DNA from: Octopus sinensis | Taxonomy: Eukaryota | DNA length: 64,000 nucleotides | Direction of reading: 5' to 3' | Assembly: GCF_006345805.1 (NCBI RefSeq) | Contig: NC_042997.1 | Location: 186,062,001-186,126,000, forward strand | In this document: positions 55,721 to 64,000 of the stretch, piece by piece | How positions within the stretch are numbered: the stretch's first letter is position 1 | Layout: each line of letters starts with the position of its first letter | Notes under the pieces: generated by a model | The model's database searches: none | What the model was told of the DNA's origin: nothing | The model's input: only the letters and a program-made list of their open reading frames with translations | Translations under genes and position numbers: made by a program

Positions 55721-56620
55721 ACATATTATCTAGTGTGTTAGTTCCATTTTTAAGCGAGATATGGAGAATAATCATACTTAATTTTTTTGCAGCTTTTTGC
55801 AGTATATTAGTAAACCGTGTGGTATGTTTCATTGATTTTCAACTAACACCAATTGCCAAAACTATCAGATGCTGTATTCTGGATACTGGTTGTTATTACT
55901 CTCATACGAAAACCTATTTTGAGTTTATAGGGGAGAGATTGATATACTTCTCTGTAGAATGTTTTTTGACATAAGCTTGGAAGCCGAGATTGTTTGGAGT
56001 AAATGAAAATAGAATTTGCGACATTCGTGTCATTCTTAAACGTATAAGAAATGTAAATAAAAGAGAAACGACTCCGGATAGGAATCAAAATTAAGTCTTG
56101 GAATCGGCATACCAACTTCTCAGCTCTTACTTTACAGCGCTAGCTATGCATTCGCTTAAATTACAACTTCTCAATCGAATCTAATCATTCTGAGTAGTAA
56201 CAGAAAACAAACATAAGTTGTGTTGTCTTTTTTTTTTCTCAACTTGTTTTTTCCATTTCAATGATGTTTACATTTTAAGAGAGAGAGGGACAGACACAGA
56301 TAGACAGCGATAAAGGGGAAAAGAGACAGTCAGAGAAAGGGTGTGCGCGAGCTGTGTGCATGAGAGAAAGAGAGTGATTGAATGATAAAAGGTATGTCTG
56401 CGAGGTAGCGTGGTTTGGAATCAAGGTGCCCTTCCCTAGATGGGTTGCCCCCCCCCCCACAGGCTAACGTGATCCTTCTGCCCGACTGACTTGCGAATTA
56501 ACTCATAGCTGGTGCCCTGACAGGTGCTGATGCTCCGGATCAGAGTAGGCCTCAAATAATACTCACTAAGAGTTAGTTCCACGTTATTCAAAATGCTGGA
56601 ACTCTCGAATCACAGGTCTG

Positions 56621-56787
56621 CATCATCATCATCATTGTTCGACCGTGGTCGAGACAATGGAATTTACCATGCTACACCAGACTTCACGGTCCATCATGGC
56701 ATTACGCAGCAACAGGACCTCCGTAATGCTATGATGGACCGGGAAGTCTGGCGTAGCATGGTAAATTCCATTGTCTCGACCATGGTT
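56621..56787. mobile_element. RTE LINE 3' end present as a fold-back inverted duplication
   Basis: QQQDLRNAMMDREVWRSMVNSIVST on +, and the same end with STTVEQ* and a (TGA)n tail on -; 61-bp arms with a 15-bp spacer. Confidence 0.8.
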
Positions 56788-58194
56788 CCCATTCCGGTGA
56801 TACAGGTCCATAAACTGGATGGAGATTAAAGCTTCGGAAGTAAGCCCTGAAGAAAATCTGGAATCAGAGGTCCTAAGGCAGTTTGACATTGTCTGCAAGC
56901 CCGTTCTGGCAAATCCCGTGACGATGCTGGAGCCAAATTGTAACGGGCTCGCTGCTCTTTTAGGTCCGTGCAGTGGTGCAGATAGGAGACACGCTGCATT
57001 AGCAACAACTTTGCTTCCATGACCATTAATGACAGACGGAGTCCAAAGATAGGATTTGTATGCGTGTGCATATGTGTGTGTTGCGGAGCAGCGATGGCAT
57101 TGAAAACAGAAAATATATCGATGAGCTAACAGTATGCTTTAAACTTCTATGTCACTTGAGTTGTGATAGGAGCCCTATAGTTGTCTAGAGATCTTGCTAT
57201 CTACCATTCTAGCACATGGCATATTGTTGCAGATCAACAGTCGATTATATCAAGCTTAGTGCTGAAATGTGTGTGTGTGTGTATACAAGTCATGTACACA
57301 TATACGCACGCTAAAAATCTCACTTTGGCAGTTTATGTAAAAAGGGATGCTGAGAGTTTTTTTTTTTTTTTACTATGACTCTTTTCTAGGCTAAATATAA
57401 CCTGCACTTTCTGTACTATACTTCTCTAAGATTTTCCACTTTATACAGTAATTCGTGGCGCTTTCTTTAACGACCGTACGTGATAGGCTTGGGCTGTAGC
57501 GTTTCGTGTCACTGGAATATTGATGGAGAACTTATGATTATCGCTCTCACATACTTTTGCCCGTTTGGTTGCCCATTTGGGGCTTTTGATGCTTTCTTTG
57601 CCTCGTATACGGCTGTTGCCTCGTATACGGCTGTTGCCGCGTTACGGGGACAATCAGTATTGCCGTTATATGAGCAACCTGCTTCTGTTTAGGTGTGGGC
57701 CTACCTAATAATATCTCCTTTCTTTAGGTGCACAGCTAAAATAAATTCTTAAAGTGTGCTAATTAAAGCTTTTACTGAACCTATTCATTCGGAGAAAGAG
57801 CTTATCTACTAAGCCAAGGAAAAGCCTACCTACACAAGATTTTAAATATAAGTGGGTATGAACCACATGACTTTCCGATGGTGCTCTATTCAGTTTCTCT
57901 TATTCATAACTTTATAGAGTTTAAACAAAATTATGAATAAGAGAACTGAATAGAAGACCATTCTTTATACCAAATCACAATAGCTATTTCTTCATATCGC
58001 CACCCAGTAAGATGATATAATTAACATCGGTGAGATGATACAATTAATATACTGCGTAATCACTACCATCCATCAAAGGTGTAAAATATGTTTCTTTAGG
58101 TGAGTATTTTGAATGTCATTTCACACCATACAAGAATGGAGGTGCAAAGCAGTGAGCTATTCTCAGAAATTTACGACCTCTGTTTGTTTTCTTT

Positions 58195-58345
58195 TGCCAC
58201 AACTTTCTCTCACTCTCTCTTCCTGTTTCTTCAGTAAAGCTGCGATGGACTGGCGTCCTGTCCAGCTGGGGGGGGGGGGACATATGCCACAGAAACCAGG
58301 AAACCAGGCCCATGAGCCTGGCTAGGCTTGAAAAGGGCGACATTT
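58195..58345 (+). mobile_element. SINE family C fragment, tail type 2
   Basis: GCCACAACTTTCTCTCACTCT then CTGCGATGGACTGGCGTCCTGTCCAG..CAGAAACC.GGAAACC..ATGAGCC. Confidence 0.7.
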
Positions 58346-58950
58346 ATCGTTTTTACGTTTGTCTGCAAATTGCTAAAAATAGCACACTGTTTTGGGTATC
58401 CACTCTTGTATAGAGTAAAATGTCAGTTTGATCTGTCGAATGACTTATTTCGAAATAATCACCTGAACAAACACTTTTCACGCCTTTGATGGATAATAGA
58501 GATTTCGCAATATGTTACTTATATCAACGCATCAATATACTTCTGGTGTGAAGATGTGTAGAAACAATTATAGGGATATGCAACAAAGAATGTCGTTCAA
58601 TCCATTTCCTCTTATTCTAATTCTCTTTCTCTCTATATATGTATGTGTGTAGGTATGTATGTGTGTATGTATGTGTGTATGTATGTGTGTGTATGTATGT
58701 GTGTGTATGTATGTGTGTGTACGTATGTATGTGTGTGCACGTATGTGTGTGTGTACGTATGTGTGTGTGTGTACGTATATATGTGTGTGTGTATGTATGC
58801 ATGTATGTAATTACGCATGTGTTTATGTACGCATATATATTTGTATATACGTATGCATGTATGCATGTGTATGTATGGTGTGTATGTATGTATGTATGTA
58901 TGTATGTATGTAGTATGTATGTATGTATCTATGCATGTATGTATATGCAC

Positions 58951-59149
58951 ATTATTTACATTATTTACTGTTGACGGATATTTGTCCTCATCTTGTTTGT
59001 TGGTAACACAATATTTCGGCTGATATACCCTCTAGCCTTCATCAGGTGTCTTGGAGATATTTCGAACTTGGGTTCTCATTCCTAAGGTACTTTTCGATGT
59101 TGTTTTTATCATCATCATCATCATCATATCATCATCATCATCATCATCA

Positions 59150-59211
<62 letters not shown>

Positions 59212-59309
59212 TTTATTTTTATTATTATTTTTATTATTCAGGTCACTGTCTGGAATCAAACTCGGAATCTTGGGGTTAGTAGCCCGCGCTCTTAACCTCT
59301 ACGCCATAT
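58951..59309 (-). mobile_element. Composite retroposon: tRNA-like head + (AAT/GAT)n + hammerhead-bearing Penelope-like tail
   Basis: Head ATATGGCGTAGAGGTTAAG..GAGTTTGATTCC at 59309-59237, microsatellite, then a tail containing the hammerhead at 59050-59005. Confidence 0.75.
59005..59050 (-). ncRNA. Minimal type I hammerhead motif
   Basis: GACAC-CTGATGA-A-GGCT(12 nt)AGCC-GAA-ATAT-T-GTGTT. Confidence 0.6.
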
Positions 59310-59317
59310 TCTCTTAC

Positions 59318-59470
59318 GAATGCGAGAACCCAGGTTCGAAATTTCCCCCAAGACACTTGACGAAGGCTGGAGGGTTTATCAGCCGAAACGTTGCGCTACC
59401 AACAAACAAGACGAGGACAAATATCCGTCAAATGTAAATATTGTAAATAATGTACATAATTCTTCATCTC
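59318..59470 (+). mobile_element. Inverted partial copy of the hammerhead tail with a decayed ribozyme (59352-59397)
   Basis: Reverse complement of 58951-59081; core reads TTGACGA and stem I is disrupted. Confidence 0.75.
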
Positions 59471-60163
59471 TTAAATATAGAACTGTATGTATATGCATTT
59501 ACATGTTTCTGTCTGTGTGTCGTATTCCAAAGTTATTTTTTTACGCCATTTCTTTCCTGTGACTCTCACAAACTTATAATTTTTTTCTTCTTTACTAGAA
59601 CATTTTCTCTCTTATTCCTCGCCCCCTCTCTCTGTTTGTTCTCTATGCTCTTCACTCTCTCCCACTATCACTCCCTATCTCATTCTCACACCATTTCTAC
59701 CCGCTCTCTCTTGTTCTCTCTCTCTCTCTCTCTCATTCACACACTTGCATACATCTTTCCTCGCAATGTACATCTCTATAACCGACACCCATCTCCATAT
59801 TTCCAATCTCCCTTGCCACTACCCACGAAATTTAAAAAAAAAAAAACACCGCTCTTGCTCTCCCAATACACTCAATGTTATCATTTTAACAGACGCACTA
59901 ACATTGCAATTAATTTTGCAAAATATTCAGAATTTCTCCAATATACAGAGAGGGAGAGACGTAGAGACAGACAGAGAGAAAGAGAGAGAGAGACATAGAG
60001 ACAGACAGACAGACAGAAAGGAGTTAGAAAGATGGGAGGGGAGAATTTAAATTATAGTAACCGACGCTAGTGAAAGAAATTGGATTACATACTACTAGAA
60101 ACTGATTTTAAAAACACTTATTCCGCTTTGTTGCTTTCACTACACTTACTCCCACCTTATCTT

Positions 60164-60196
<33 letters not shown>

Positions 60197-60430
60197 TTAT
60201 CTACCTATCAGTATATATCTATCGAACTATCTGTCTGCCTGCCTGTCTGTCTGTCTATCGGTCTATGTATCCCTTTCTCTCTTTCCATCTCTCCTCTCCT
60301 TTATTTTTGTTTTTATTCCCTTCTGTCTTTCCTTTTCATTTTCATCTACTTTTATTTCATGTCATTTCAGTTTATATTTTACTACACACACATACACACA
60401 CATACACACACACATACACAAATACATATG

Positions 60431-60470
<40 letters not shown>

Positions 60471-60594
60471 CATACAAATATATATACATATATACATATA
60501 TATATACATATATATATATGTATATGTATGTATGTATGTATACATTCATATCTATCTATCTATCTATCTATACACACACACACACACACACACA

Positions 60595-60675
<81 letters not shown>

Positions 60676-61419
60676 TATATATATATTGCTTTTTCTTATA
60701 TTTCTTCTTCAATGTATTCCAGCACGGAAACTAACTATTAGATGCATATCATATTTATCTTGCAAAAAAAGTTAAATAAATACATACATACATACATAAC
60801 AACAAAATCGAAAAGAAAACCCCATTTTTTCTTCTAATTGTTTTTTGTGAATTTTTTTCCTTTGTATTTTTGTTTCTTTTTCAATAAATTCTTACACCAT
60901 TCCTCACGCCATCGCATATTTTGCATCTTTTCTTCTATCCCGTCTTACATTCTCTACTAGTCTTTATGTCTTTTTCTTGATGAATAATTCTATCGCATCA
61001 TTTTCTTCATCAAAACTTTTATACTTTTTCTCCATTATCTTCTTTTTCATTCTTTGGGCTTTGGTTATTAATTGTTAAGGTAAAACTCGCCTGAGAAAAG
61101 AAAAATAGAAAATTTTTTTCGGTTCGGTTATTAATGATTAAGGTAGACTCGTCGCAAATAGTTCAAACTCACTTCTTCCCAACGCCGTCGTGAGCGCTAC
61201 ATCATTTGTTCATTGCAGAAGATACTATATCAACACTGTCCAAGCAATGCCCGTATCAAATTCACAAGTCAGCCAAGGCTTGACATCGAAGACTCATCCT
61301 AAAAAATAGTCGAGCTCAACTAACAACATAGCGGCACAACCTTTTAACATCAATTGACGTTACCATATTCCCCTATTACGCCGAAAGAAATCTATGAAAA
61401 AGCCCTCCTAAAATTAGTT

Positions 61420-61610
61420 TCAAATGTTGGCACCAGGCCAGTAATTTCGAGGGAGGGGATAAATCGACTACATCGACAGCAACGCTTAATTATTGGCTCC
61501 GGAAGAATGAAAGGTAAAGCAGACGTCGGAGGAATTTGAACTCAGAATGTAAAGATGGACGAAATGTCGACCAGCATGATAACAATTTTGCCAACTGGCC
61601 ACCTTATAGA
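61420..61610 (-). mobile_element. Diverged SINE family B, tail B2
   Basis: GGCACCAGGCCAG..ATTT tail and GGAGGAATTTGAACTCAGAA core. Confidence 0.65.
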
Positions 61611-61835
61611 CTTCCTAATATTAATACGGTTCTTGGACAAATTCAAGAAATAACAGATAAAACGCCATCAACTGGTACTAGGAACCCTACATGGGTACTC
61701 CACCTGATAACATTAACGGTTAAATCTCTCTTAGATTACACGTACCGATCTAGAAAAGGAAGACTAGATCCTGAGCTTCCTCCACAAAGAAAAGACAGGA
61801 TGATCAACGCTGGAATGTCTTTTGATGAGGAATAA

Positions 61836-62205
61836 CCACTGCGTGGCACTTTGGGTAAGTGTCTTCTACTATAGCCTCGGGCCGACCAAAACCTTGTGAG
61901 TAGATTTGGCAGCGGAAACGGAAAGAAGCCCGTCGTATATATATATGTGTGTGTGTGTGTGCGCGCGCGCGCGCGTGTGTGTATGTATATGCTTGTGTGT
62001 CTCTGTTTCTCCCCACCATCAGTTGACAACCGGTGTTGGTGTGTTTGCGTCCCTTAACTTAGCGGGTCAGTAAAAGAGACCGATAGAATAAGGACTTACA
62101 AAGAATAGTCCTGGCATCGTTTTGTTCAAACTAAAGGGGATGCTCCAGGATGGCCGCAGTCAAAATGACTGAAACAAATATATGAATAAAAGAAAAGAAT
62201 AAAAT
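61836..62205 (+). mobile_element. SINE family A, 5' truncated
   Basis: Starts CCACTGCGTGGCAC; body and tail present. Confidence 0.85.
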
Positions 62206-62852
62206 AAATATTTTAAGTTTGCGGTTTATTCCGGTATTTTTACATTTTGTTAGAATTTTTATGATTAATTATATTTTATAAAATAACAGATTTAGCAATA
62301 GAAATTTGTTTTCGAAAATACAGCCATATCAAATAACAATTTAGGTGTGACCTTCCTATGCGAAAAAAAAAAAAAAAACGTTCTCTGCCTTTGGCCGAAG
62401 TAGTGATGAATGAATCACGAACTAAATAAATATATGATATTGCGTATTTATTGGAGCATGACAAATAGAAATGATCAAAGATTAATTCAGATGTCTCACA
62501 AAAACAGAAAAAAAAGGAGACCTCTATTTGGTCACTTGACATGCTAAAAAGAATCTGACAAAACATCCTCAAAGTTTCACACTACCGCTTCGGTGAAGAA
62601 AGTAAATATTGGATAATGTAGTCTTAGATATATGAGTGAAAATGACAGTATGGTCATTGCTGGAATATGATTGATCATGGATCTGCTTACTCAGAGATGA
62701 CTTGGGGTTACATTAGTGTGAGTATGTTTAATGTATGTGGCTAATTATCACTAATGAAGTTAACATAATGCCAAAACATGCGAGGACTTGCTTTTTGATG
62801 TTATCGGAAAAAATTAAAATAACATTAGTCACAGACGTTAAGTCATGATATT

Positions 62853-62887
<35 letters not shown>

Positions 62888-62983
62888 GCTGCTGTTATTA
62901 TTATAGTTGTTTTGTTTTTGTTTTTAAGTTTATTTTCAGTTACCATACATAACGATCCTTGTTTTAAATATGTTAACATTATT

Positions 62984-63213
62984 TTCTACTCTAGGCACAA
63001 GGCCCCAAATTTTGGAGGATGGAGGCCAGTCGACTAGATCGTCTCCAGTATGCAACTGGTACTTAATTTATCGACCTCGAAAGGACGAATCCAAAGTCGA
63101 CTTCTACGGAATTTGAACTCAGCACGTAACGGCAGACGAAATACGGCTAGGCATTTCGCCCGGCATGCTAACGTTTCTTATTTCTTTACTGCCCACAAGG
63201 GGATACACACAGA
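62984..63213 (-). mobile_element. SINE family B: B1 tail fragment joined to a B unit with tail B2
   Basis: Sense reading ..GGGCAGTAAAGAAATA|AGAAACGTTAGC.. then core and ..GGGCCTTGTGCCTAGAGTAGAAAA. Confidence 0.8.
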
Positions 63214-63677
<464 letters not shown>

Positions 63678-64000
63678 TATATGTAATTTTTCACGCTGAA
63701 TCCGAATTTGTTATTCATTTATTCCAGAAAAAATTTGCAAAAATGTTACAGGTGTTCAAAACTTGATAATTATCATCATCAGGGAATGAGGAGAGGGCAT
63801 CAGCACACCACCATCGGCATGTCAAAACATTAAGCTAAAATTATTGAATGAGAGTTACATCTGTTATCAAAACTAACAATTTTAGAACAAGTAGTGGCTA
63901 CACTCCTTGTGCGCATGCGTAGCATCTTTGGCTACTACGGAAACAGAGTTCTTCACAATCAGCTACAGAACACGTGGCGCTTTTTTTTGCTTTGGTTACT

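Noticed and set aside
57599-57637. 18-bp tandem duplication TGCCTCGTATACGGCTGT x2
   Set aside because: Simple local slippage with no further structure.
62649-62744. Short open frame YGHCWNMIDHGSAYSEMTWGYIS with a GTGAGT donor
   Set aside because: Purine-rich, poor acceptor, upstream stops and no recognised homology.

Overview
AT-rich, microsatellite-saturated eukaryotic non-coding DNA (intergenic or deep intronic), most likely from an octopus. That assignment is an inference from the repeat families and the (TA)n/(TAGA)n/(TAA)n load, not a database match. I can support no intact protein-coding gene: nearly all listed ORFs are microsatellite read-throughs, and the protein-like ones are decayed transposon fragments (RTE, R4/Dong-type RLE LINEs, Tc1 and DD37D mariner, possible Helitron helicase). 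The window holds at least four tRNA-headed SINE families, non-autonomous Helitrons, a MITE-like element, interstitial (CCCTAA)n and a 100-N gap flanked by a probably artefactual 2-kb duplication. The most notable signal is RNA structure. Four unrelated repeats carry type I hammerhead ribozyme folds, including a tRNA-promoter + (AAT)n + hammerhead composite retroposon (58951-59451) and a perfect 118-bp palindrome that encodes a hammerhead on each strand (40842-40959). Other observations are a SINE that occurs as 184-bp head-to-tail multimers, SINE tail swapping, capture of a unique flank from 8.4 kb away, and several fold-back inverted repeats. All folds were worked out by hand and none are tested.
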